In this document: in pieces, positions 1 to 10,559 of the stretch
How positions within the stretch are numbered: the stretch's first letter is position 1
How the letters are laid out: each line of letters starts with the position of its first letter
Assembly: GCA_008690995.1 (NCBI GenBank)
Contig: VRMN01000001.1
Coordinates: 3,100,001 to 3,164,000, forward strand
Source of the DNA: Porphyridium purpureum
Lineage: Eukaryota
DNA length: 64,000 nt
Reading direction: 5' to 3'
Program-made: the position numbers and the translations under genes
Notes under the pieces: generated by a model
Told to the model about the DNA's origin: nothing
Database searches by the model: none
The model's input: the letters and a program-made list of their open reading frames with translations, nothing else

Positions 1-318
1 TTTTGTAGGGTCCTGGTGATGCTCCGTTCCAATGTCCGCCTGCGTCATGAGCTTGTGCAGCTTTGTACTCAAAACCTGCGGCCGAATACGCCGTTGCAAT
101 TTGCTTTTATAAAAGAAGTCCCGAACTTCATTCCTTGGGTCCTCCAGACTTTCCAGAACCGGCAGTGGGAGTGCAGCTACCTGGCTTGCTCGCTCACTTG
201 CCGCTTGCGTCTGGCGAGAGCCGGACTCGCTCGCAAGTCGCTTCCACGGGCGGAAATACACATCAAACAGATCATGCTGAGGTGCAGTCCCGTGTCTACC
301 GGCATCCTGCTCTTCCAT
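1..318 (-). CDS. Hypothetical protein, 5' part (runs off the left edge)
   Basis: Manual translation from ATG at 318 gives 106 open codons (MEEQDAGRHG...EHHQDPTK) with no stop before base 1; divergent from the GT61 gene. Not in the ORF track. Confidence 0.5.
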   Translation of the reverse strand, partial: MEEQDAGRHGTAPQHDLFDVYFRPWKRLASESGSRQTQAASERASQVAALPLPVLESLEDPRNEVRDFFYKSKLQRRIRPQVLSTKLHKLMTQADIGTEHHQDPTK

Positions 319-632
319 GCTTCTTCCCTGATGCTCGCCGTCGGCACCAGCCCGCCGTGAGGCTTTCAGATGCACACTCGTCGCCGCCACCCACGGCTTC
401 ACACCATTTGTCCTCTTCCCTTCTCGCGCGCCCCGCCTTTTCGGTTTCGCCGTTTGTTTTTTGGGCGCGAACCAATTGAAGTACAGTCACAACTGTACAT
501 TATCCCCTTTTGAGAAACCCTAAATCTGCGGATGTGGTTTGGTCTGAAGCGGCAAATGGTATGTGTGTGAGAGAGACAGACAAAGCGAGGAGTGATTGGA
601 TTCTGACTGGGCGTTGGATCGGGTGGATTGAA

Positions 633-2567
633 ATGATGCGTCCGCCGACGCGGAACCGGACACAGCGCGTTCCGCCCTCTCAGCGAGGAGTGCGCGGAGT
701 GGATGGAGGCAGCCCTGTCGTGGCTCTCGCGCGACCGGCGCGGTCGATGCCGTCGTGGCGCCCGTGGGTTCTGTGGCTGGCCGGAGCGGCATGTGTGCTT
801 GCATTGATCCTCGTAGTCGTGATGCTGGTGTCGAGTCGCTCTGTAGAATACGACAGCATGAGGCGTGTGTCGTGGCTGTCGGCCGCGATGGGCAAGGCGC
901 ATGCGCAATGGGTGCCAAGGGAAAGCAGCATCGCAGAACGGCTTCGGCAGCCACAAGATCAAAGTCAAGATCAAGCAGCGCACGATGTTGCACAGCAGCA
1001 GCTTTTGCCGTCTCCTCCTCAGCGTAGCGGGGACAGCGCTGTGCCACTGGCGCCACCTGCGTCTCTGATACCACCTCCTAGTTCACCGGCACATGCGACC
1101 TTGTTGGATCTTCCAGAACCGCTGCGTTTGTACTACGATAAGACGAGGACAAATCTGCAGAATAACCAAAGGTATCAAGTGTGTCGTATACCAGACGTGT
1201 GTCTTACGCGGAGAAGAGAGTTTATCATGCCGACCTTTGTTGCAAACTTTGCCAAAAACGAGCTGTCACGTTGCATGCGAAAAGAGACACTGGCGCTTAC
1301 GACTTTTACGGACCAGATACCGCAGAACAATGACTCGACGCTGGTCATCCACTGGAAGGACCGGGACCTCGCCACCATTATGCCAGACTCAAAGAGCAGC
1401 GTTCGCTACTGGATTCCGCATTTTGTCGGCGACATCGTCCCACTGCTTTCTGCTGTGGACGCCATATCGGGCTCGCGTTGGGGCGGTACGATCGAGGAGC
1501 TGTGCGTCAAACGCGGCACTGATGCGTCTTCCGGAGGTGGTGAAATGGGCGGTAATCCGCTCGAGAGGCCCGCGCCTTGCGATGTAAGCGGTGTTCTCGC
1601 CAAGCATGATTACGTGGTGGAGGATCAGTCAGGTGTCTTATCGCGCCGCGCGACACCCTGGGTGCGTGATATGCGCAGCATGATGGAGCGTATCGGTATC
1701 GAGATCACACCGTTTTTGTTCGATGCCAATGAAAAGGTCTACGCGATGTGCTTTCGAAGTGCCGTGTTCTCGTCACAGTCAGTGCATGAGTACTGGAATG
1801 GGCCGGAGCACATTTTCTACAAAGCGAATGGTGTTGAGCGCGCCGCGCGCGCTGGCGAGCACATTATAGCAGCGTTTGATCGCAGCTATGATAGGAGCAA
1901 GCCGAGTGTGCCAAAACCGCTGCGCGCAAAGGAGTCTGAGCCCTGTCGTGTAGGCGTCACTTTGGTCAAACGAAGGGATACGCGCACGCTCGCAGAGGGA
2001 TTTGAGGAGTCTCTAAGTAAGTGGCTGCGGGCTTTCGCAGACGAATCATCCCTGGGAAAACAGCGTCGGGCAAACACCCAGTTGCGCGCCATCTTTTTCG
2101 AGGGAATGTCACTCGCGGAGCAGATCAAAGCGATGCAGGAAACAGACGTCATGATTTCTGTTCACGGCGCAGGCATTACTAATGTGCTTTGGATGCGTCG
2201 TGGTGGTGCGCTGGTGGAGATCCTGCCACCTGCGTATGTCGCGAATTTCGGGACCAACGCTGTGCGTGCGGGCCTGGACTATGTGGCATTCAATGCGAGT
2301 GCTGACACTGAGAGCTTGCGCAGTTGCGTGGACCTACCTTCCGCGCCGGGCGAAACGGTTGGACAAGGCTGGCTCGATCTGAAGAAGGCTTTCGATGCGG
2401 GCGAGCGCGACGGCGGCAGGTTGCCAAGGCCGCAGCCAAATGAAATCCCCAAGCGGGCATTCATGTGCTTACGCAACCAGAAGGTAATTGTCGACCCGAA
2501 AGTACTTGCTGCAAGTGTTGCAAGTCTCATTCAAGCCAAGTGCGTCATCGCGGCAGGCGCGCGGTGA
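633..2567 (+). CDS. Glycosyltransferase family 61 (DUF563/EOGT-like), type II membrane protein
   Basis: N-terminal TM helix (VLWLAGAACVLALILVVVMLV), Pro/Gln stem, C-terminal FEGMSLAEQIKAMQETDVMISVHGAGITNVLWM...LVEILP typical of GT61. Start ATG chosen at 633; an in-frame ATG also lies further upstream in ORF 510..2567. Confidence 0.85.
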   Translation: MMRPPTRNRTQRVPPSQRGVRGVDGGSPVVALARPARSMPSWRPWVLWLAGAACVLALILVVVMLVSSRSVEYDSMRRVSWLSAAMGKAHAQWVPRESSIAERLRQPQDQSQDQAAHDVAQQQLLPSPPQRSGDSAVPLAPPASLIPPPSSPAHATLLDLPEPLRLYYDKTRTNLQNNQRYQVCRIPDVCLTRRREFIMPTFVANFAKNELSRCMRKETLALTTFTDQIPQNNDSTLVIHWKDRDLATIMPDSKSSVRYWIPHFVGDIVPLLSAVDAISGSRWGGTIEELCVKRGTDASSGGGEMGGNPLERPAPCDVSGVLAKHDYVVEDQSGVLSRRATPWVRDMRSMMERIGIEITPFLFDANEKVYAMCFRSAVFSSQSVHEYWNGPEHIFYKANGVERAARAGEHIIAAFDRSYDRSKPSVPKPLRAKESEPCRVGVTLVKRRDTRTLAEGFEESLSKWLRAFADESSLGKQRRANTQLRAIFFEGMSLAEQIKAMQETDVMISVHGAGITNVLWMRRGGALVEILPPAYVANFGTNAVRAGLDYVAFNASADTESLRSCVDLPSAPGETVGQGWLDLKKAFDAGERDGGRLPRPQPNEIPKRAFMCLRNQKVIVDPKVLAASVASLIQAKCVIAAGAR

Positions 2568-2858
2568 ATCTGATTCGTTGCGCATAAGCTCGTCCCATAA
2601 GAAATGCCGTCGCCGGGTTTAGATCAATGAAGGAAAGTCATTACGGCGGGCCAGCAGAATTAATCAAATGTAGTTGCTAGCGTATTTTTGTATGTATATT
2701 CATAAAAGGATGAGATCGCTGTGAACACGGCGTGATGCCTCTGTGTTGGATCGAGGCTCTAGTCGGGCCGTGCGTCTTAGCCCCATGCCTTTCCCTTTCG
2801 ATTGCTGCATTACGGGCCTGCCTGCCACAATCGAGTGTTCGTGTTCTAGTTCCTTGCT

Positions 2859-3563
2859 TTACGTTCCCGGCTTACGCTTAAATAGAGAGCCCAGCCCCAG
2901 CTTGGAGGACGAGGCGTGTTTTTCTTGACTGCCGATGTCTGACTTTGAAGAACGACCATCCTTCTGGGCAAAACTATTCAGCGACGAGTGCTTGCGCAAG
3001 CCAGAAGGTGTTCCCGAAAGCTGCTCGTCCGGGTCGCTGGAGATCACGCGCGGGGACATGGCACCTTCGTCAGGGGAGCCAGCATTCACATTGTTTCTGG
3101 AAGAGTCCAGCGCGTCGGACTGTCCCGCTTGCAAGGAAGACGCATCCAGTCGACCGCCCGAAGTTATTCCTTTCAGCCGGCTTCCTCCGCGCAGTGAATT
3201 TTTCATCTCATCCCGCTGTTCCTTTTCGTGGATGCGCGCAAGCCGCGCCTCTTCGGAAAGACTGGCCAGCTCGCCGAGCGAGTTTGGTTCCTCTCGGTTG
3301 TGAACGCGCGCAGCAGTAGCCAGGTTGTCCCTGGACTGTCGCGGCGACAATAAATGCGGAGACAAGATGCTAGGCCGCCGAGAGTTGGGACCTCCGTGCA
3401 GCTCAGCGGCGCGCAAAGACTCCGGCACATGGTCCTGCATGGTCAAACGACTTTCGAGCATTTCCATCAAACTGTTCTCCATCCGCTTGAAGGAATGATC
3501 CGACTCGTGCGGGTTTGGACTCTGCACGTCGTCACGATGCCCTTCTTTCCGTGACGCGTCCAT
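2859..3563 (-). CDS. Hypothetical Ser-rich, probably disordered protein (234 aa)
   Basis: ATG-initiated ORF with protein-like composition; no recognisable domain. Confidence 0.6.
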   Translation of the reverse strand: MDASRKEGHRDDVQSPNPHESDHSFKRMENSLMEMLESRLTMQDHVPESLRAAELHGGPNSRRPSILSPHLLSPRQSRDNLATAARVHNREEPNSLGELASLSEEARLARIHEKEQRDEMKNSLRGGSRLKGITSGGRLDASSLQAGQSDALDSSRNNVNAGSPDEGAMSPRVISSDPDEQLSGTPSGLRKHSSLNSFAQKDGRSSKSDIGSQEKHASSSKLGLGSLFKRKPGT

Positions 3564-4574
3564 CTCGCCCGACGGGGAGCGACGCCAGCAATCTGTTCTT
3601 CAATCCGGCAGCGTCCTCAAACGTCCGCACGCCGCGGGCACGCCACGCCGACTCTCGCACCCCCAACGCAGGCAATACCGGTAGCGCTGCTGCGGTGCCA
3701 GCCTTTCGTAGCGCGTCTGAAGACGTGAGACCAATGCTCGGATGCCGTTCTGCCCCAAACACAAACGTCTGACACCAATCGTTCTGTCACGACGCAAACT
3801 GGCGAGCGTGTTGCTGAATCAACCGGCTGGTTGGTGTGTAAATTGAACTGTACACCCCAACTGGACGCCGAACAGCTGTACCGACAGCTGTGTAAGTGGA
3901 CTGGCGTGAATGCGGCATTTCACTGTAAGGCTGGGTGCGACCGCGACAAGGTGAACCGGAACGAGGCAAACGTACGGCAGGCACGGCGTGTGGCCTGGAC
4001 TGATGAATGCGCGCATCGTTCGACTGCGTCGGGCTTCCGCTATGTGCATGTGCGCCGTGGTCTTCGACAAACGAGCCGGGTATGAAAGCTGCGAGTCCGC
4101 ATCGCTTCCTGGCAAGTGAACTCACACTTTGAGCTGGGCGTTTGCGCGTCGAGGAGAGCGGCAAAGGGAGCAGTCGCGGATCATTCGATGCGTCTCCAAT
4201 TTTCCGGGCGCTTGGGCAATGAAAGTGGCCAGCGGTGCGCGTGGTCTCAGATACACTTTGATGAAAAGCTATTCACTCAAGGAACTGCTGTGCTAAGCGC
4301 TTCGTCAGCAAATATTTTCTTCACGAAAATGAAGTGTCGTGCGAAAGGTGTCATCAAATTTTATCGACGCTGTACAGTTTGTGCTTTCGCCAAAGGACCA
4401 AGGTCGATGTGTGGGCAAGTTGACCCATGCTGGGCTGGATGTGGTTGCTTTTGAACGACCGGCAGCACACACGATATGAGCAGTAGAGCGTGCGAGGAGC
4501 GACGTAGAGTTCGACAGAAGAGCAGACCCAGCAAGCGGGGACAAGGAAAGAGAACAAGGCAGACAGGGAAGATC

Positions 4575-4991
4575 ATGGGATTTGATGTGGAGCAGCCGGC
4601 GCGGGAAAGTCGGGACGCTGGATTCAAACTGGCGTCTCTGACTTCCTCGTCGTATGAGGGCATGAGCACAGGTCACTGTGAAGCTGGAGAGGCAGAGCTG
4701 CCCCTGAACCAGGGCGCGACTGCTCCCGAAGCGCGTGGACGCAGTGCGGCCAGTCCATTTCAAACGACAAAGATGCCGAAGCGGTCGACGGTGATGATCT
4801 GCTACTGCTGTGGCGAAAAGTTGAACACTGCAGTCGAGCACAGTGCGTGCAATGCGTTGAACTGGTTCATTTGTATCTGCACAGGACTTTGCTGCGTTTT
4901 TATTCCGCGCTGCTGCGACGGCGGAACAAATACGGCGACACACACCTGCCCAAATTGCGGGGTACACCTGGAAGACAGTGGTATTGTATAG
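4575..4991 (+). CDS. LITAF-like zinc-ribbon membrane protein (copy 1)
   Basis: CYCC...hydrophobic Cys-rich segment...HTCPNC matches the LITAF CxxC-hydrophobic-HxCxxC pattern; start could be 4476 or 4575. Confidence 0.85.
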   Translation: MGFDVEQPARESRDAGFKLASLTSSSYEGMSTGHCEAGEAELPLNQGATAPEARGRSAASPFQTTKMPKRSTVMICYCCGEKLNTAVEHSACNALNWFICICTGLCCVFIPRCCDGGTNTATHTCPNCGVHLEDSGIV

Positions 4992-5641
4992 ACCCCCCAG
5001 GCGTGGATCCTCTGGCTTGGACTAACTTTTCTTGAACAGATATTTACACGGCTCCGGGGCATGGGCTCTGGCTCCACCGGCTCCATGGGCTCCAGGTTGC
5101 ATTTCACATTAAACGATGGGTCCTGTCAATTCTATTTTCAGGGCTTGCATTTTTCTCTCCTGTGCCGCGCGCTGCCACCCCGCGGCTCGTCTGAGACATT
5201 GAGCTCCTTTTCTGCGTCAAGCGGGACCTTTGCTCAACGTGTGTAACGAAGTGCCCGAGGCGAGCACACCGTCAAACCCTGCAGGTGAAACAGCGCACTG
5301 GCACGGACGAGCTTGACCTGCGCGAAAAATGCGGCTCGGACTATACCCCATTCACTGTACCTCTGTTGTGAGTCATTCTGGTCCATCGCACCAAACCCGA
5401 GCAGTGTCGCGCGACGCGCCCGACCTGTGTGAGGAAATGCGCTCGCCACAGTGTCGTTTGGTATGCCGACATTATCGCGAACGGAGACCGTTCTGAGCTT
5501 TCTGAGGAATTCTGCGGTGCCGTGACTTGTATTTCAGAGACATCCGCCCTGGCGTTCACGTTGGCTGACGACTGCGCGTCGCGCAGTTCTGTGGGAGGAC
5601 CATGACGTGCGGCCAAAACTGGCGATCAGTAAGAGACGCAC

Positions 5642-6217
5642 ATGGAGACTGTCCGGAAATTTCAAGTTGTCTTGGGCTCGCGAGCCGCATGGAGGGACCG
5701 TCCCGAGTTGAGCAGGTACCTGGCTGCATTTTGCAAGGTGCTGTACGGCATGGGCCTTGTGCCAACGCTCTACTCGCACGAATCACCGGCGGTGTGCCAG
5801 CCTGCAACGGAATATATTTTCGCTCCAAACACAGACCACATGAATCGGGCGCGCGTCCATGTCCTAGAGAACCAAGAGTTCAAGCACGTCCTGTCGTACG
5901 TGCTGCACCACGCACACATGTTCAACGACTATGCGGTGGACTTAACGCCAGACGTGCAGCGGGTGGAGGCAAGCCTGATGGCGTCGGCACTGGAAACAGA
6001 GCTGTGTCATCGCACGGACGAATTCCTGGCGTACTGGAGTACCGGAATCGATCCGGACCGTCCGGCCGTGCGCGAGTGCCTGACGTTCCTGCACGAACAG
6101 CTCCGGGCTCTTGTCGAGGCAACTCAAGCTGGAGAAGAGTTCGATGGAGCGCTGCCACGCAGTCAAAGGAACACAAACCATAATGCCTCGGGACCAGACG
6201 TCACTGATGACCAGTAG
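5642..6217 (+). CDS. Hypothetical protein (191 aa)
   Basis: ATG-initiated ORF with globular composition and GC3-rich codons; no family recognised. Confidence 0.65.
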   Translation: METVRKFQVVLGSRAAWRDRPELSRYLAAFCKVLYGMGLVPTLYSHESPAVCQPATEYIFAPNTDHMNRARVHVLENQEFKHVLSYVLHHAHMFNDYAVDLTPDVQRVEASLMASALETELCHRTDEFLAYWSTGIDPDRPAVRECLTFLHEQLRALVEATQAGEEFDGALPRSQRNTNHNASGPDVTDDQ

Positions 6218-7122
6218 TGGGCAAACCTCCTGGTGCTCGCTTACTTGTCGGTCAATGATTTGTCATGGCGCCTTGCGGTTCCTGTTGCTGTAGCCGCAAC
6301 CCTGTCCACGTCCTGCCCAGGCGTCAAGCCATGCTTGATGAGAACTAAAAAAGCGCCTTCACCCGCCACTGACCCGCTCGGACACCAACCAAAACGCCGC
6401 GTTCTTTCTGAACCAGACGGCCGCAGTCACATGATCCCTCGCACCACGTCCACCGCTCACAAACCCTGGCCGTGGCAGCGTTTGCCCATGTACAGCGACC
6501 ACATCGCCCCTTCTGTACCGCACTCCTGTATGCCCGCATCCGCCGCCTCCAGGCACAAAGCTCTGACTCGACTCCATCAGCTGTCGCCTCCTCCGCACCC
6601 GAACTATTTTTACTCTCGCGGTTCGTGCGGTGCGGATCGACGTGACGAATCGGGTTTTGTGGTGGTGGTGGCGGTGGTGGTGGTGAGCAGCAGTGAGTAG
6701 TGGGCTAGTTGTGTTTTGGTAGAGTGGCGCAGGACATGGCGACCGCTAAGTGCCACGAGCGGACTTGTGTCCACTTGATCGAGGACAACGACGCTTCGAA
6801 CTGAAAAGGCCGTGTGTGGCGCGAGACGTTGGCGAGCCGTCGCGGCGACGCGCAAGATGGATGATGGCGAATGATTATGGGGCCGCAGGACAAGCCGCGG
6901 TGGACTGGTGATGCACGGACAGATCCGAGTCACTGTGGTGCCGGCGATTGAGGGACACATGAAAGAGGCTGCTGGGTGGTGCTTGCGACGAGTGACATGC
7001 GAACAGCAGGGGCTGTGACCGAGGAGAAAAGATAGGCCGCGAAACGCAGTCGACCGGGGTGTGATTGTTGGTTGTGGTTTTTGGGAGGGAGGACAAGCGC
7101 GTCTGCGTCGACAAGGCTCAGA

Positions 7123-7518
7123 ATGGCACACACGCCGCCGGCAGTGCCACCGCACGATTGGATTGCGGTGGTGGAAAATGATGTGAAAAGGGACAGGGAG
7201 CATCCGTCCTGGGCTGCGTACGTGCAGTCGCAGTCGTTCGCGTACTCTGGGAATACGAATAGCATTCCAGGCATGAAGGTGCATCCGTCGCGCATGCCCA
7301 AGCGGCCAGTGACTTTGATTTGCTATTGCTGTGGCGAGAAAGTTAGCACGGTCCTTCACCACAATTCATGCAACGCCACGAACTGGATCATTACAATCTT
7401 GACGCTAGGCTTGTTCAGCTTTGTGTTTATGCCAGGATGCTGTGACGGCAAGACGAATCATACGATGCATACCTGCCCCAAGTGCGGCGCGTACATGGGC
7501 GACAGCGGGTACCTTTGA
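7123..7518 (+). CDS. LITAF-like zinc-ribbon membrane protein (copy 2)
   Basis: MPKRPVTLICYCCGEKV...HTCPKCG; clear paralog of 4575..4991. Confidence 0.85.
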   Translation: MAHTPPAVPPHDWIAVVENDVKRDREHPSWAAYVQSQSFAYSGNTNSIPGMKVHPSRMPKRPVTLICYCCGEKVSTVLHHNSCNATNWIITILTLGLFSFVFMPGCCDGKTNHTMHTCPKCGAYMGDSGYL

Positions 7519-7613
7519 AATAAGCCAACTTGGTTAGCCCCATCTCTTTTGCGAAACCGTCAACAGCCATCTGAAGGTAGAGCATGTTCGCTAGCAAATG
7601 AACGTTTTAATTC

Positions 7614-10340
7614 TTAATCCTCCCAATCCCAGCCCTCTACCGCTCTAGCCTCATCCATTGGTTGTGTCACCGTCGGGTCAGAGACCAAGACCGACGCCGA
7701 CGTTGAAACCGTGGCCGCGCCTGCGGTCGCCACTGGGCTCAATTCAGGCTGCTTGGCCGCCAAGCTCATTTCGGCGGAATCTTGAATGCCAGCCCCAACC
7801 AGTTTCTGGGCACTGAGCGGATCGTGGAGTTGCGCGAGTGCAATCATCCGATTATCCGTGTCCTCAAAAATAGCGAGAATTAGCGCCGACACCTGCTCGG
7901 CAGAAAAATGATGCTTGTAGCGACCAGCGAGGAAGCTCTTCACAATGTTGGCCATGCGCTCCTGCAAAATCTCACAGAGCAGTGAAGCTCGCAGCCGAAG
8001 GTGCGCGAATGATAGCTGATTCGCTTGCGCAGCTTCCACTACCGCGAGCGCTTGCGGGAGCAAAGTCTGAGAACGGATCGCGTCCAGCTCGCGGACGGTG
8101 CTGTCCAGGATTCGTGTGAGAGCGTCGCACTCGTCTGTTCCAATCACAGCAAGATTCAAAACGGCTCTGATTATCGCGTCTAGCATGGTTACGCACAGTC
8201 GCTCTCCCAAGGCGCAGCTCGAATCGGCGTTCAAAATCATTGCAGCAAGTTTGATGGTGTCTCGGGCTGCGTCAAAACTACGCGAGAGCGCAGAGTCCAC
8301 ACGCATGCGGGTGAGCGTACCACCCACGTGCTCAAGCGCGCCATTGTCGAGTACGCTTTGAAGACCTGAATTTGACATGACCCGCAAGGTGGCCGCTTGC
8401 TGTACGCTGGCCATAGATTCACCTACGCTGACGTGCAGAATGCTGACCATGGATGACAGGACCTTGTTTAACGCCGGTGGCAGCCTGAATGTAGGATATG
8501 CAGCGAGGTTGGCAAGCATCAGGCAATCGTTGTGAAACACGAGCTGAAGTCTCAGTGAGGCTCCAAGCTCGTCTGCAAACTGCACGGGAATTCGGGCATG
8601 AAATTGGTCCATGACCTCTTTGGCCATTCCAATCATCGCGGACGCCAACGCCAGTTTAGAGGATGCCGATGCAGACTTGCCTTTTGCCCTTTTCAAAATT
8701 CGGTCCGCGCAAGAGCTTGCCGCCTGAACCACTGCGGCTACATCTAACACGCAAGCCGATACGAGGCAAGAGCCAAAGTAGCCAGCTTGACGCGCCTCTG
8801 GAGATACCCACGCCGAGCTCATGGGGGCCACGGCGAGCCTGTCCATCGAACTCGACTCGGATCCGCTATTCTCGACGAAACTTTCAATCGCCTGGCTTGA
8901 AAAAAGAGCGAGCTGCGCGCGCACTTCTGCAATGGTTCTTTTCAGTAGCTCCGGAGCAGTGGTTGCGGATACCACAAGGGCCAGATCGTGTTCCTTCTCC
9001 GTCTGTGTCGCGTCTTCAGGAAAGCAGAAAAGGCTGAGCGCATCTGAAATAGCTGCAAGAACATCTGCACGTAAGATAAAAAGCTCCGGCGCGACCATCG
9101 GCTGCTTGATTGAGATCGGGCGGGATCTGTGGCGTGACTCAGAATCTGTGATTAATTTTTCGGACATCGCCCACTGCACAATTGCATCATTTGCCGTGCT
9201 TCCGAGAACGCAAAGAGGACGGGACAAGAAACGGTCCACTACCCACTTTCGAAGATGCTGCCGCAACAAGCGAAGCGCACGCGGAGCATGAGCCAAATCT
9301 AACTGCCGCTGCACGGCGCAAGCTACTATCGACAATCGCGCCCCTAGGTTTAAAAGATCCGTACATTTCGCAGCATCGCTGTCCGGACCGAAACGTTCAG
9401 ACAAGACATTCATCTGGTCTGAATGGTACATAGAGGCCGGGCCCGAGCACGCACACCATGATTCTGGCGGTGGATTTACCGGCATATGATGTGACGTGTT
9501 CGAATTTACGCTGTCTTGAGAGATTCCCCACTCAATCAAGACTGCTTCACCATCCTCCGTGCACAAAAAGGGCTCTGAGAACAGGATCGCGCGGTTTAAC
9601 TGCTCATCTGCTGTGATACGGGCGACCAGTCTTTGAACAGCCTCGTCAATCTGATGATTGCGACACAGCAACTGGATCGTTTCCTGGGAGCAACGACTGA
9701 TTCGCACACAGTCAGTGCTTACCTGCACACACTCTTCCAGCACGCGCGTGGACTGCGAAGAAATTTGCACAAGACAGCTCTGCAGGTACTCCCGTGCGTC
9801 CTCCAGCAAGGCGTACGGGTAATCATCAGCGCCCTGCCCTATGGCGTTCAGAGCGCGCTGAACGCAATCGCGCGTCTCGTTGCCTAGCTTCAGATCAAGA
9901 CGTTGTTGCGAAGCGCCCGCATTCAAGTCGCGCACTTTGCGCATGGCCTCGGACACCAGCTCAAATACGCTCATTTCGGCAAGCACCGCATCGAGTAGAG
10001 CCGTTTTGCTGTGCAGCGCGTCGCCTTGACGCACAAGGTTGAGGACTTTGCGCAAGCTCTGCTCCAGCGTGTTGCTGGCGCGATGAACGCTGTCTAACAA
10101 TACCTGTTGCTCGCTCAAAACCGAGTCGACCTGCTCGCTAAGCGCCGAGACGGACACGGTACTCTTGCCGTGTCCATCTATCCCTGTCTCCCTCGCTCGT
10201 CCAACATCTGCAACCGCAGAAAACCGCTCGCGAGCTGACTGAAGGCGCGCGTAGATCACCCCTTCATCTTCATTCGCACTGGGAATCCCCGGCTCTGTCG
10301 TATCAGTGTGGCTTCGCATGGTATTCACTCCCACGGGCAT
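7614..10340 (-). CDS. ZW10: ZW10/Dsl1-like kinetochore and ER-tethering protein
   Basis: 908-aa helical protein with N-terminal coiled coil, VFHNDCLMLAN motif and C-terminal 'FSAEQVSALILAIFEDTDNR' resembling the ZW10 C-terminus. Confidence 0.7.
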   Translation of the reverse strand: MPVGVNTMRSHTDTTEPGIPSANEDEGVIYARLQSARERFSAVADVGRARETGIDGHGKSTVSVSALSEQVDSVLSEQQVLLDSVHRASNTLEQSLRKVLNLVRQGDALHSKTALLDAVLAEMSVFELVSEAMRKVRDLNAGASQQRLDLKLGNETRDCVQRALNAIGQGADDYPYALLEDAREYLQSCLVQISSQSTRVLEECVQVSTDCVRISRCSQETIQLLCRNHQIDEAVQRLVARITADEQLNRAILFSEPFLCTEDGEAVLIEWGISQDSVNSNTSHHMPVNPPPESWCACSGPASMYHSDQMNVLSERFGPDSDAAKCTDLLNLGARLSIVACAVQRQLDLAHAPRALRLLRQHLRKWVVDRFLSRPLCVLGSTANDAIVQWAMSEKLITDSESRHRSRPISIKQPMVAPELFILRADVLAAISDALSLFCFPEDATQTEKEHDLALVVSATTAPELLKRTIAEVRAQLALFSSQAIESFVENSGSESSSMDRLAVAPMSSAWVSPEARQAGYFGSCLVSACVLDVAAVVQAASSCADRILKRAKGKSASASSKLALASAMIGMAKEVMDQFHARIPVQFADELGASLRLQLVFHNDCLMLANLAAYPTFRLPPALNKVLSSMVSILHVSVGESMASVQQAATLRVMSNSGLQSVLDNGALEHVGGTLTRMRVDSALSRSFDAARDTIKLAAMILNADSSCALGERLCVTMLDAIIRAVLNLAVIGTDECDALTRILDSTVRELDAIRSQTLLPQALAVVEAAQANQLSFAHLRLRASLLCEILQERMANIVKSFLAGRYKHHFSAEQVSALILAIFEDTDNRMIALAQLHDPLSAQKLVGAGIQDSAEMSLAAKQPELSPVATAGAATVSTSASVLVSDPTVTQPMDEARAVEGWDWED

Positions 10341-10559
10341 CTTGGTTGAAGTTCCTAGTCACGACCGACCGCTACAAAAAGGTAGGTTCGCATTTGTCTG
10401 CTCGACCTCTGGAGACGCGTCTTTGTCAATGCCGAACGACACAGGCTCCGAAGGATTCATGATTTTTACACGCGCAGAGGCGCCTAAGGAGTGACACAGT
10501 AAAGAGGGGCGGACTACTGTGAAGGCCTCTGGTTAATTTTGGTCAATGCCTTACCAAAG

